From contig NC_091997.1 of assembly GCF_044704955.1 (NCBI RefSeq), positions 85,498,001 through 85,562,000 on the forward strand: a stretch of 64,000 nt of DNA, given 5' to 3'. Position 1 is the first letter of the stretch; each line of letters opens with the position of its first letter. The notes beneath the pieces are model-generated. The model saw nothing but the letters and a program-made list of their open reading frames with translations. It was not told the origin of the DNA and did not search any database. Below, piece by piece: positions 13,501 through 26,134 of the stretch. The stretch is from Pristiophorus japonicus. Taxonomy: Eukaryota. The position numbers and the translations under genes were made by a program.

Positions 13501-14358
13501 CCATCTCCTTTCTGTCTTTTGCTTTTTTCTCCTTTTTGTTTCCCTCTGTCTCCCTGCATTGGTTCCCATCCCCCTGCCATATTAGTTTAACTCCTCCCCA
13601 ACAGCACTCGCAAACACTCCCCCTAGGACATTGTTTCCGGTCCTGCCCAGGTGCAGACTGTCCAGTTTGTACTGGTCCCACCTCCCCCAGAACCGGTTCC
13701 AATGCCCCAGGAATTTGAATCCCTCCCTGCTGCACCACTGCTCAAGCCACATATTCATCTGCGCTATCCTGCGATTCCTTCTCTGACTAGCATGTGGCAC
13801 TGGTAGCAATCCCGAGATTACTACTTTTGAGGTCCTACTTTTTACTTTAGCTCCTAGCTCCTTAAATTTGTTTCGTAGGACCTCATCCCTTTTTTTACCT
13901 ATGTCGTTGGTACCAATGTGCACCACGACAACTGGCTGATCTCCCTCCCTTTTTAGAATGTCCTGCACCCGCTCCGAGACATCCTTGACCCTTGCACCAG
14001 GGAGGCAACATACCATCCTGGAGTCTCGGTTGCGGCCGCAGAAACACCTATCTATTCCCCTTACAATTGAATCCCCTATCACTATCGCTCTCCCACTCTT
14101 TTTCCTGCCCTCCTGTGTAACAGAGGCAGCCACGGTGCCATGAACTTGGCTGCTGCTGCCCTCCCCTGATGAGTCATCCCCCCCAACAATACCCAAAGCA
14201 GTGTATCTGTTTTGCAGGGGGATGACCACAGGGGACCCCTGCACTACCTTCCTTGCACTGCTCTTCCTGCTGGTCTTCCATTCCCTATCTGGCTGTGGAC
14301 CCTTTCCCTGCGGTACGACCAACTCGCTACACGTGCTACTCACGTCATTCTCAGCATC
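10541..14358 (-). mobile_element. CR1 LINE, 5'-truncated within ORF1 (SGNH esterase, endonuclease, RT)
   Basis: GDSIVRG/VHIGTND/DSLHL motifs and a 424-aa RT ORF (10632-11906). TSD TCAGA (9388-92 / 14357-61) lies in an older + strand CR1. Confidence 0.95.
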
Positions 14359-14537
14359 AGACTTTGGAAGCAAAAGCACAATTTCTAAATTTGAGGATGA
14401 CACCAAATTGGGGGCGATTGTCAATACTGAGGAGGACTGCAACAAATTACAGGAGGACATTACAGGAGGACATTAATAAATTTGCAGAATGGGCATATAA
14501 TTGACAAATGAAGTTCAACATACATAAATGTGAGGTA

Positions 14538-14845
14538 CAGGTTGAACCTCTCTTATCCGAGACTCCCTTACCCGGCACCACCCCTCATCCGGGTCCATCC
14601 CTGGCCGGTGGGTGGCGCATGCATAGAATGCGACCGTCAAAATCCAACTCACCAATATAATCTTCCTCCTCCTCGTCGCCCTGCTGAAATTCCTGCAGCC
14701 ACAGTCCTCGGGCCGGCCACTCCTCCCCACAGCGCTCCCTCCAGGGGGTCAGGCTGACTTTTCGAGGCCCGCTGGGGCCTGCCGACTCTTAAGGGTTGGC
14801 TAGGCCGCCAACTCTTCAAGGCCCGCCGGGGCCCGCCGACTCTTG
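14538..14845 (+). mobile_element. Truncated Tc1/mariner (pogo/Tigger-like) non-autonomous element
   Basis: Begins TA|CAGGTTGAACCTCTCTTATCC inside a CR1. No second TIR seen. Confidence 0.45.
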
Positions 14846-14849
14846 TAAA

Positions 14850-15418
14850 GTAGGGATATTATGCTAAACCTGTATCGAACCTTAGTTAGACCACACTTAT
14901 AGTTCTGCTCACCATATTATAAAAAGGATATATGCACTGGAGAGGGTACAGAGAATATTTAGAAGGATGATACCAGAAATGCGAGGGTATACATATCAGG
15001 AACGGTTGACCAGGCTGGGTCTCTTTTCTCTTGAAAAGAGAAGGCTGAGGGGGTGATCTAATCGAGGTCTTTAAAATTATGAAAAGTTTAGATAGAGTGG
15101 GTACAGAGAGAATGTTTCCACTTGTGGGGAAGAGCATAACTAGAGGCCATCAATATAAGATAGGCACCAAGAAATCCAATAGTGAATTCAGAAGCAACTT
15201 CTTTACCCAGAGAGTGTTGAGAATGTGGAACTCGCTACCACAGGGAGTGGTTGAAGCGAATGGTATAGATGCATTTAAGGGGAGGCTAGATACGCACATC
15301 AGGGAGAAGTGAATAGGTGAGGAAAGATAAAAGGAGGCTCGAGTAGAGCATAAACGTCGGCATGGACTGGTTGGACCGAATGGCCTGTTTCTGTGTTGTA
15401 TATCCTATGTAATCCTAT
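14850..15418 (+). mobile_element. CR1 3' fragment
   Basis: FFTQRVLRMWNSLP RT C-terminus and CR1 3'UTR. Confidence 0.85.
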
Positions 15419-15506
15419 GAAAGGCACGATTGATGAAAAGCAGAGGAGTTCTCCCCGGTCTCCTGGCCAATATGTATCTCTCAACTAACATGACTAAAAC
15501 AGATTA

Positions 15507-17006
15507 GGGGGAAAATTCAGTTGGTTAGTGCCTCCTGTTAGTGCCTGCAGAGGGCAGTAACGGGGCGCTGATGCAGTCATGATGGGGCAAGGTGAATCCA
15601 GTGACTCATGGCAAATCTGGACCCCCCCGTTGCATCGCCGGTACGGGATACCACCAGGAACTTCAATGTCAGGCAGATTGTGATGTCAGTGAGCGTGCTG
15701 GGCGCCTGATCTGCAAAGTTCATTCTGGCCACTTACCTTTGCACTTCACCCAGACAGCGACAGAGAGCGGAGGCGCACAGCTGCAGGATGCCGGCTCCGG
15801 GGATGTTATTTAAAGGCATCCACATTAATCACTCTCTGCTGTCAGGGCAGGTTAGTTTTAGTGGTTTCTTGTCAGTTTCAGCTAGTGGATCAGTTTGCAT
15901 GAGTAATTGCAAGGTTCTTTTTTATCAGCAGTCTTCTGGCAAGTCCAATGTGGCCACAGTTATTGTTCAAATATTTAAACTGCTACACTTGACAACATTC
16001 ATGAGGGCCATAGTGGCATGCCACCCCGCCCTCCAGGATCTACGGCGGAGGCGGAGCATAGGCAGCCAGAAATACGGGAACATGTGCGCAAAGGGATGAG
16101 GAGGGACTTCAGGGGTCTCACCGGGAGGCCTTACCGTCCAAGGGTACACCTCTCCTACCTTCAATTAGGCGAGGAGCAATGCATTAGACGGCTCCACATC
16201 ACCATGGTGATGGACACAGAATTCTGCCACCTCCTCCAAACAGACCTCCAGCCTCACACCAGGATGACTGAAACCCCAGACCCCTTTGCTCACCACATGC
16301 CCATCATACCATCTCTATGTCATGACATATCACAGCGTCCTCCTGGGTGCAAAGATGAAATGAGAGAGACCACAAAATATTGCAAACTCCATTCATAAAT
16401 TTATGCATAACCATATCACCCATATCACATTTATTCTATTAACTAATGATCCTTGTACATGCCATAGTTGAGTAGCTGTCATTGCGTGCAAGGCATGAGA
16501 TGTGGGTGTGAGTGTTGGTAGATAGAGATTGTTGATGGGTGAGTGCTGGGTGTGTGGTGATTTGCACAGTGTAGTACAGAAGATGGTATGTAGCATTTGC
16601 TGGAGCATTCAATCACCCTGACCACCCAACTGAGGTGGATCGGCCATGAGCACACCTGCTTCGGTCTTCCGGCTCCTTCTCCTTGTTCTGCTGCTGCTTG
16701 CTGAGGCAGCTGCACAGCCAGCAATGCTGAGAATGAAGTGCTGCAGTATCAATGAACCTCCCCTTTACATATTAGGAAAAGCCTGTGGCAATGATGAGTT
16801 GAAATTAGACTGCATCCGATATTGGTCCACCTTTTAAGTGTAAAACCACTGAGCTCATCTTTTAAAATATTATTTAGCACCACAATCATTTCTTTGAGTA
16901 GTGAGCATTAATTTTGCGTACAGTCTAAAGCATTAGCGCCAGGTGCTAAATCTCAAACTTTTCTAAAGTTACTGCCCATTCCTGGGCTGTAATGAATATC
17001 TAGCCC
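15507..17006 (+). mobile_element. Degenerate Harbinger-derived element inserted in a SINE
   Basis: Imperfect TIRs GGGGGAAAATTCA / TGAATATCTAGCCC. RPYRPRVHLSYLQLGEEQCIRRL is homologous to the transposase N-terminus at about 39080. It splits a SINE (15420-15506 / 17007-17181). Confidence 0.7.
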
Positions 17007-17280
17007 AATTTTAGTCATCATCTCATTGCTGTTTGTGGGATCTTGCTGTGCATAAATTGGTTGTCACGTTTCCTACATTACAACAGTGACAACACCTCAA
17101 AACTATTTAATTGGATGTAAAGCACTTTAGGACGTCCTAAGGATGTGAAAGGCGCTTTATAAATGCAAGTACTTTCTTTCTGTTCCTGGGCCTTCTTTTA
17201 AACTGAGTTGCTTGCTAGGTCACTTCAGCATTAAGAGTCAACAGTATGTGTGCGTCCGGACACCTGTCCAGATCAGGCAG

Positions 17281-17713
17281 GGGCATGGCCAAGTGGGCCA
17301 TCAGCCGGTCCAGGCAGCAGGCGGTCGAGGGGGTCATTCAGCCCAACTGTCTTTCTCTCTTCCGCGGTTACATCCGAGCCAGGGTGTCCCTGGAGATGGA
17401 GCACGCGGTGTCCACCGGTACGCTCACAGCCTTCCGCGAGAGGTGGGCACCGGAGGGACTGGAGTGCATTATTACCCCCGGCAACTAAATTTTAACTTAA
17501 TTAATATTGTTTAATGTTTAATTCGTTTAATTGCCGGTTTTAATGTCCCCCACCTTTTAGCCAGGGGGCACTTGTAAAATTTGTGTTTTTTAGTGCCCTA
17601 AAAAAAACAGCAAGAAAAAAACAAAAAAAAGGGCACTTTGGAGTGTTCCCCCCCCCCCTCTTTTAATCAGAGGGCACTTGATTTAATGTTTATTTTTGTT
17701 TTCAACAAAAAAA
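17281..17713 (+). mobile_element. L1/Tx1-clade LINE 3' fragment with poly(A)
   Basis: AKWAISRSRQ...FRERWAP ORF2 C-terminus, T-rich 3'UTR, A-tail and GCAGG flanking repeat. Confidence 0.65.
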
Positions 17714-18021
17714 AGCAGGTGCCTTTCCCTCAAGGTCATCAGTGAACCAGTTGATTTTTTACTTGCTTTCCCTCCCAGCCACCAGCTACAATTTACTACA
17801 TGTAACAAATTACATTTCACAGCTTGCCCTGGTGCAATTTGAACTCACAATCTTGGAGTTGGTAGGCTAGTACCAAAAGTCACTTCCCTACCATAAATAT
17901 CAAACATATCATAAACAAATAGGGTCAGGTCACCGACCTGAAACGTTAACCCTATGTTTCTCTCTCCACAGACTCTGCCTGATCTGCTCAGTGTTTACAA
18001 CATTTTCTGTTTTCATTTTAT

Positions 18022-18362
18022 AAAAAAGAAAGGCTTGCATTTATGTAACGCAAGCACCCACAAACAGCAATATTATAATGACCAGATAATCTGTTTCATT
18101 GATAGTGGCCAATATTGATAAATATTGGCCTGGACATCGGGGAGAACTTTCCTACTCTTCTTCGAAAAAGTATCATGGGATCTAACCTGAGAAGGGCCTT
18201 AGTTTAATGTCTCATCTGAAAGACGGAACCTCCAACAGTGCAGTGCTCCCTCAGTACTGCACTGGGAGTGTTAGCCTAGAGTATGTGCTCAACTCTCTGG
18301 AGTGGGACCAACAACATTCTGACTCAGAGGTGAGAGTATTATCCACTGAGCCATGGCTCAGC
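18022..18362 (-). mobile_element. SacSINE1/Deu-type SINE
   Basis: Reverse complement of the SINE core seen at 18718-19085. Confidence 0.75.
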
Positions 18363-18529
18363 AAAGAGAAGCCAGTAATTGCCAACCCCTGGTCATGCGC
18401 TTGAGGTTCCTCATAATCAGGCGCCCTTCGCTTTTAATATTGTTTAAATTTCCATATATTCAATCTAAGGGAAATTGTTGCTGAGGGATACATTGACTGA
18501 ATGTCTCTTTCATCCTCTTGTTTTTACAG

Positions 18530-18688
18530 CAAACCAGTCGAAGACACTGAATGAAGAGGCATGCAGTCTTATATCCACAGTGAAATATGTTGTGATTGTG
18601 TCAGGAACCCTGACCATAGTCATCCTTTGGCTTCTGAGATTTCTAAAGGTTCGACTGTGCAAGGAGAGATAGACGGGCATCTGATGGG
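18530..18688 (+). CDS. Terminal TM exon of a second type-I membrane receptor (NQSKTLNEEACSLISTVKYVVIVSGTLTIVILWLLRFLKVRLCKER*)
   Basis: Strong acceptor catcctcttgtttttacAG, phase 1. Stalk with NQS sequon and Cys, then a hydrophobic segment with Lys. TAG at 18670-72, then donor G|GTGAGT. Candidate 3'UTR acceptor atccacAG at 19331-32. Confidence 0.6.
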
Positions 18689-18717
18689 GTGAGTTTCATT
18701 GTGTTTGTCTCTCTTGA

Positions 18718-19085
18718 CTGTCAGCCTTGGTTCAGTCAATAGCACTCTCGCACTGCAGTGCAGTACTGAGGGAGTCAAGTCAGAGATGTCATCTTTCTGA
18801 TGAGACATTAACTTGAGGCCCCGTCTGCTCTCTCAGGTGGGAGTAAAAGATCCCACGGCACTATTTTGAAGAAGAGCAGGGGAGTTCAAGCAACTTTATC
18901 AAAAACAGATTATCTGGTCATTAAAACATTGCTGTTTGTGGGACCTTGCTATGCGCAAATTGGCTGCCGGGTTTCCTACATTACAATAGTGGCTACAATT
19001 CAGAAGTACTTTATTGACTGTAAAGCACTTTGGGATGCCGTGAGGTCATGAAAGGTGTTATATAAATGCAAGTTGCCCTTTCTTT
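18718..19085 (+). mobile_element. SacSINE1/Deu-type SINE
   Basis: Core GAGGCCCCGTCTGC...AAAAGATCCC...GAAGAGCAGGGGAG...TATAAATGCAAG, shared by several copies in the window. Confidence 0.8.
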
Positions 19086-19989
19086 AAGAGGAAAACCAGC
19101 TCTATGGTGTGTCAAAGGTTTATTGTTGCCTCATTTAAATATTGGAGTAATGCAAAGAAAGAGATAGAAATATCTGAAAGAGCTGCACTCCCTTGCTCTT
19201 TCCTTATAGCCCTGCAAATTTTTCCTTTTCAAGTATATATCCAATTCCCTTTTGACTTTTCTATTGAATCTGCTGGAAAACAAACTAGTAAATGTCAGTA
19301 ACTTATCTCATTCTGTGTTTATATATCCACAGGTCATTCTCAATCACAACTCAGCAGTTCAGTGTTACACCCATTCATAACTGGCCCTTCATCATTTCTG
19401 TTGCAGTGTTAATTAGAAAGAAGCTGTGTTAATGACTGTTTGTGTGATTCAGAGGAACACTGAAGAACTTGCACTTCACATGGACACCATTAATGAAAAA
19501 GAGATTACATAAGATTTTACTCGCACGGAAAGCGGCTTTACAGTTTTCTAAGTATTGCTGTCTATTTACAAGGCACACAACAGGGATTGGCCATTTTAGC
19601 TCTGTTCACCACTGGGGCACTGTTTGCTGGAGACCCGACTCCGGAGGTGGTCCAAGTCACTAAAGCCCCATTGGATATAATGTTTATTTATTGCAAGCTC
19701 TGGAGGAAGCAGCTCAGGGGGACAGTACAAACTTCCTGGCTCACACAGGGCTTTGGCCCACATTGCTACACCTCAGTGCTGGCACTAAATGGGGAGCTTG
19801 TCGACAGCACTAAGTGTAGAGGCTCTCCTCTGACACGATACAGGAGAAAGGTGATCACTCCACCACTTCTGACCACACTCACTCTCTCTCTCTTTCCCTC
19901 CCTACCTCCTTCTCTCCCTTTTGTAACTGTTCTTGTCCTTATTTTAACAATGATACCACAGTAAAAGAAAGAAAGCACTTGCATTGATA

Positions 19990-20490
19990 TAGTGCCTTTA
20001 ACAACCTTCTGTGGTAGAGAATCCCATAGGTTCATCACTCTCTGAGTGATGAAATTTCTCCACATCTCGGTCCTAAATTTCCTACCCCGTATCCTAAGAC
20101 TGTGACCCCTTGTTCTAGTCTGCCCAACCAGGGGAAACATCCTCCCCACATCCAGTCTATCCAACCTTGTCAGAATTTTATACGTTTCAATGCGATCCCC
20201 TCTCATTCTTTTACACTGTAGTGAATACAGGCCTAGTCAACCCAATCTCTCCTCATACTACAGTCCTGCCATCCCAGGAATCAGCCTGGTGAACCTTCGC
20301 TGCACTGCCTCTATGGCAAGTATATCCTTTCTTAGGTAAGGAAACCAAAACTGCACACCATACTCCAGGTGCTGTATACAGGCCCTGTATAACTACAGTA
20401 AGACATCCTTGCTCCTGTACTCAAATCGTCTTGCAATGAAGGCCAACATACCATTAGCCTTCCTAACTGCTTGCTGCACTTGCATGTTTC
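19990..20490 (-). mobile_element. CR1 RT 3' fragment
   Basis: RGDRIETYKIL...FITQRVMNLWDSLP. Confidence 0.85.
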
Positions 20491-20741
20491 AGTGTGACTC
20501 ATTGGGTTAAGGCCTTTTGGAAACTTTGATGTGATAAGGCACAATATAAATTCAAATATTGTTAGTAAAGGCCTTCCTTTCTTCCTCTTGCTACCTTTAG
20601 GCTTTTATAGCCCAGGCATTGCATTATTCTATCACTACTTCCTGATGTACTTAGGCTTTCCTTCTACTTTTTCAATCTAGACCTTTCAGCACAGTTCTCA
20701 ATAAAATAAAATAAACATTCTCCCAAAGCCTTGCATTCTGG

Positions 20742-21710
20742 CACCTCCCCACACACCCCTCCTCACCCCACACACCCCAACCCCACCCAACCCCACACAC
20801 CCCACAACCCACCTCTCCCTGCCCCACACATCCTTCCCCACCCCACCCCAACACCCCACCCCACAAACCCCTCCCACCCCAACACCCCACCCCACACACC
20901 CCTCCCCACCCCAAACACCCCACCCCACACATCCCACCCCATCCCACACACCCCACACCACCCCAGCCCACACACCCCTCTCCACCCAACACCCCACCCC
21001 AAACACCCCACCCCAAACACACTTCTCCACCCTACCCCTTCTATGTTTCAATAGATATTTTCAATGTTTCTATAGATATTCTATGTTTCTATAGATATGG
21101 CCCTCACGGCTAAGGGGATCAAGGGGTATGGAGAGAAAGTAGGAAAGGGGTACTGAGGGAATGATCAGCCATGATCTTATTGAGTGGTGGTGCAGCCTCG
21201 AAGGGCCGAATGGCCTAATCCTGCACCTATTTTCTATGTTTTCTATGTTTCCACCCCACCCCAACACCCCGCCCCACACACCCCGCCCTACCCCACACAC
21301 CCTACCCCTCCCCACCCCACACACCCCACCCCACACATCCCTCCCCACCCAACACACCCCAACCCACCACACACCCTAACCCCACCCAACCCACACACCC
21401 CACCCACCCACCCCACCCCACACAGCCTTTTCTGCCTCACCCCACACACAACCCGCCCCACCCCAAACACCCACCTCCACACCCCACCCCGCTCCACCCC
21501 ACCCCACACACTTTGCCCCAGCCCACACACCTCGCCCCACGCTATACACCTCACCCCAACCCACACACCTCACCCCATGCACCCTGCTCCACCCCAACCC
21601 ACACACCTCGCCCCACCCCACACACACTGCTTTACTCCACCCCACCCCACCCTACACATACACCCCACCCCACATTCCCTGCCCCACACACCTCACCCCA
21701 CCCCAGCCAC
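20742..21710. repeat. C/A-rich low-complexity repeat (CCCCACA-like) with embedded CR1 3' tail (about 21098-21250)
   Basis: Directly visible; (TTCTATGT)n tails are present. Confidence 0.9.
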
Positions 21711-22371
21711 GGTAAGCTGGTGGTGGAGGGAGTGAATGTTCAAGGTGGTGGCTGGGGTGCTGATCAAGTGGGCTGCTTTGTCCTGGATGGTATCAAGCTT
21801 TTTGAGTGTTGTTGGAGCTGCACTTGTCGAGGCAAGTGGAGAGTATTCCATCACACTCCTGACTTGTGCCTTGTAGATGATCTAAAGGCTTTGTGGAGTC
21901 AGGAGCAAAAAGCCAAATGAATGCTCAGGGAGCTGAAACCTGAAGTCCTTTTGATTCCAACTCATTAGTGAATGTGACCAACGAAACGAGTTAATCCTCA
22001 TTTCATTAATAAACACCTCAGTGTTCTTTGCCATTAAACATTATGGCCCCATCATTGCTCATGAACTACTTTGACTGAAAAACAAAAGGCAGCTAAACAT
22101 CTTTAAATCGATTCACTGCCTCTGTGCTCTTGACAGTTGCAATTCTCACTCCGAGTATTTCCCTGGTGCTGACAGTTCATTGCTGTTCAAACATCTGCTA
22201 GGACACATATGTCACTAAGCAAGTACAATGAGAGGTTATTCAACTGGGAAGGCTGATGTCTTGCTTGTTCCAGTACGGCATATTGGAGTGACCCTGTTTT
22301 CTCTTGTCACTAACAAAGAGCCCTCAGGCAGTGTGATAGCTGAGGTCTGTAGACAGCATAATGGTGCAGGT

Positions 22372-22692
22372 TGCAGCTGTGGCTTAGTGGTAGCACTCTC
22401 GCCTCTGAGTCAGCAGAGCATGGGTTCAAGCCACGCTCCAGAGACCTAGAGACCGAGACAAAATCTAGGCTGACACTCTGGTGCTGAGGTAGCGCAGTCT
22501 TTTGGTTGAGACATTGAACCGAGGCCCTCTCAGGTGGACTTAAAAGATCCCACAGCACTAGTTTGAAGAGGAGCAGGGGAGCTCCCCACCCCCCCAATGT
22601 CCTGGCCAATATTTATATCTCGACCAACATCAGCTAACGGATGATCTGGTCATTATCACATTGCTGTTTGTAGGAGCTTGCTGTTTGTAAAT
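22372..22692 (+). mobile_element. SacSINE1/Deu-type SINE with tRNA-like head
   Basis: TGGCTTAGTGG and GGTTCAAGCC A/B-box-like motifs followed by the SINE core. Confidence 0.75.
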
Positions 22693-23961
22693 CAGAGTTC
22701 GACAGTGATCACTGTAGTATTAATATTTATCACCACTCAATATACAAGGTAGCAGAGATAGGAAATTATATTTTAAATTATGTTTAGGTTGGGGTAGACT
22801 TACAATTATAATGGACAAATCGACCTGTTGATTGTATCTAAAATTGCAGTTATATATTCTACCAGATGATGGTGCTATTGCTTCCCTCCCTTTCCCCAGT
22901 CATATCACTTTCCAGGTCTGTGTTATTTATCCAGTAACTGCATCACTCAAGAAATAATATCCAATTATGTTTGTGAATAAATAACCATCTTCTTGCTGAT
23001 ATTAAATGGAATATTAGTTACAATGAAATTAAACAACAACAAGATAAAATGGCTGTAAGTTTCCCTACATTACATTATAGAGAATAAGGCAGATGAGCTG
23101 AGAGCACAGATAGACACTTGGGAGTATGATATTATTACTGAGACATGGCTGAAAGAAGGGAAACTATGGCAGCTCAACATTCCTGTTTACAGGGTTTTCA
23201 GACGGGATAGAGAGGGGGATAAAAAAGGAGGGGGGTTGCAGTATTGACTAAAGAAACACCCAGAGGGCGATGGGGGTCTGGAATACACTACCTGAAAGGG
23301 TGATAGAAGGCATGTGCACTTGAAGTGTGGTAACCAATAGGGCTACGGACCAAAAGCTGGAAAATGGGATTAGGCTTGGTAGCTCTTTGTCGGCCGGCAC
23401 GGACACAATGGAGCAAAATGGCCTCCTTCCGTACTGTAAATTTCTATGATTACAGCAGTGACGACTTTTTGAAAAGTATTTCATTGGATGTGAAGCGCTT
23501 TGCAACATCCTGAGGATGTGAAAGGTGCGATATAAATGCAAGTTTTTTCTTTGTAATCCTGTAAATTGTTCATAGTCCGTGGCTACGTGCATTTCATCCT
23601 CATGATGCAGATTCCAATGTTTACCCCCACACCTTCAGATCACCCGCACGGTTTAATCCACATACTGAATCTCAGCTGCACTCTGACAGGATGGGTGTAC
23701 CTGAGGAGGAGAGGGCAAGTGAAGGTTAGCGCCCAACATCGAAGTAACACAGCGGGCAGTTGGGCAAGTATGGAATAGGTCAGCTGGGTTGTAGGATCAT
23801 CCACTAAGCTCCCTTCCAAAGGGAAAAGGGCCTTGTTGGGGGAGTCTAGGAACTCAGAAAGGGGACAGGGGCCAATTGCCCACACCCATACCTTCAGTAT
23901 GGGTGACAGATGGGCCCAGCACACTCCTTGGAATGTACTTGTTACTGCGAAAACTCGATTC

Positions 23962-24225
23962 ACATTACACCATTGGCAGCCGTGCCTTCAGCTGCTTGGG
24001 CCCTAAGCTCTGGAATTCCCTCCCTAAACTCTCCGCCTCTCTATCTCTTTCTCATCCATTAAAATGCTCTTTAAAACCTACCTCTTTGACCAATGTTTTG
24101 GTCACCTGTCCTAATATCTCCTTATGTGGCCCGGTGTCAAATTTTGTTTGCTAACGCGGCCTGTGAAGTGCCTTAGGACGTTTTACGTGGTTGAAGACGC
24201 TATAGAAATGCAAGTTGTTGTTGTT
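23962..24225 (+). mobile_element. L2 LINE 3' end
   Basis: IGSRAFSCLGPKLWNSLP followed by a (TTG)n tail. Confidence 0.75.
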
Positions 24226-24699
24226 ATATCCCTGTGTAACTCCGCGCGTGTGTGACAGGCACAGTTGTCTTCATAGGTCAGTGCGGCCTACCCTAGTCTG
24301 CCACTGACCATGTGCTTCTGCACACCTCAGGATATTTCCAGTCAAACCTCCTTGGAGCCTAAGAGCAAGAGGCCTCCATCTGATATGCCCCGTCTCACAG
24401 ACTCCATCAGTGGGCAAGCAGGACTAAGGGGCAGTTGACCCATCGCGGACGTGCAAAGCTTGTCTAACGACGGTCCGGGTTTTAATACCAGTGGGTTGAA
24501 ATGTCCCGCTCTCCGGGCAGCCGTGGCGACTGAAGGTAGGTGGGTGGGGGTGAGGAAAAGCGCATGTCAGATCATAACAGCTTGCTGCGTAAAAAAATAT
24601 TCTTCGAATTTCCTCTCTGGTTCACTTACCAATTATCTTAAATCTGTGTTCTCTGGATACCAAACCTCCTGCTAGTGAAAACAGTTTCTCCTTATTTAA

Positions 24700-25016
24700 A
24701 GACTTTAAACCGAGGCCTAGTATGCCCTCCCACTTGGATGTAAAAGATCCCGTGGCACTATTTCGAAGAAGAGCAGGGGAGTTATCCCGGTGGCCTGGCC
24801 AATATTTATCCTCAATCAACATAACAAAAAGAGATTATCTGGTCATTATCACATTGCTGTTTATGGGAGTTGCTTGTGCGCAAATTGACTGCCGCATTTC
24901 CCATATTACAACAGTGACTACATTCTAAAAAATACTTCATTGGCTGTAACGCACTTTGGGATGTCGGTTGATCATGAAAGGCGCTATATAAATGCAAGTC
25001 TTACTTTCTTTCTTTA
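24700..25016 (+). mobile_element. SacSINE1/Deu-type SINE
   Basis: Shared core and TCTT tail. Confidence 0.8.
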
Positions 25017-25019
25017 TTT

Positions 25020-26080
25020 ATGTTCAACCTCTGTCACCTCCAGTCCAGATCCAAGGTCGTCCCATTCTCTGTAATTGAATTACAGTATGCAGACGATGCT
25101 TGCGTCTGCACATACTCGGAGGCCGAACTCCAAGCCATCGTCAACACCTTCACCTAAGCATATGGGAGCATGGGCCTTACACTAAACATCCGTAAGACAA
25201 AGATCCTCTACCAACTTGCCTCCGCCACTCAGTACTGGCCCCGATCATCAAAATCCATGATGAGGCCTTGGACAACGTGGACCATTTTCCAGAACTCGGG
25301 AGCCTATGTTAACAAGAGCCGACATCAATGATGAAGTCCAACACCGCCTCCAGTGCGCCAGTGCAGCTTTCAGTCACCTGAGGAAGAGCGTGTTTGAAGA
25401 CCAGGACCTCAACCCGGGTACCAAGCTCATGGTCTACAGAGCAGTAGTGATACCCGCCCTCCTATATGCTTCAGAGACATCAACTATGTGCATCAGGCAC
25501 CTCAAAGCACTGGCGAAGTACCACCAACGTTGCCTCCGCAAGATCCTGCAAATCCATTGGCAGGATAGGAGCAGCAACATCAGTGTTCTTGCTTAGGCCA
25601 ACATCCCCAGCATCAAAGCATTGACCACGCTTGATCAGCTCTGTTGGATGGGCACATCGTCCTCATGCCCAATACGAGACTCCCAAAACAAGTGCTCTAC
25701 TCAGAACTCCAACACAGCAAGTGGGCCCCAGGTGGGCAGAGGAAATGCTTCCAGGACACCCTCAAAGCCTCCTTGAAAAAGTACAATATCCTTATCGACA
25801 CCTGGGAATCCCTGGCCCAAGACTGCACAAAGCGGAGGAGAAGCATCCGGGTAGGAGCCGGACACCTCGAGTCTCTTCGCCGGGACAAGCTGAAGCCAAG
25901 CATAAACAATGGAAAGAGCACACGACAACCCAGGCACCCCACCCACCCGTTCCACCAACCACCATCTGTCCCACCGATGACAGAGACTGTAGGTCCCGCG
26001 TTGGACCCATCCTGAGAACTCATTTTTCGTGTAGAAGCAAGTCATCCTCAACTCTGAGAGATTGCCTAAGAAGAAGAAGA
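25020..26080 (+). mobile_element. RTE-clade LINE 3' fragment
   Basis: LQYADDA, TKLMVYRAVVIPALLYASET and RLPKQVLYSEL motifs; (GAA)n tail. Confidence 0.85.
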
Positions 26081-26134
26081 TTTACTCTATCTGAACCCCA
26101 CATAATTTTGAACCCCTCTATTAAATCTCCCTTT

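Noticed and set aside
20672-21735. Pro/His/Thr-rich and Gly/Val/Trp-rich ORFs
   Set aside because: Artefacts of the low-complexity CA repeat.
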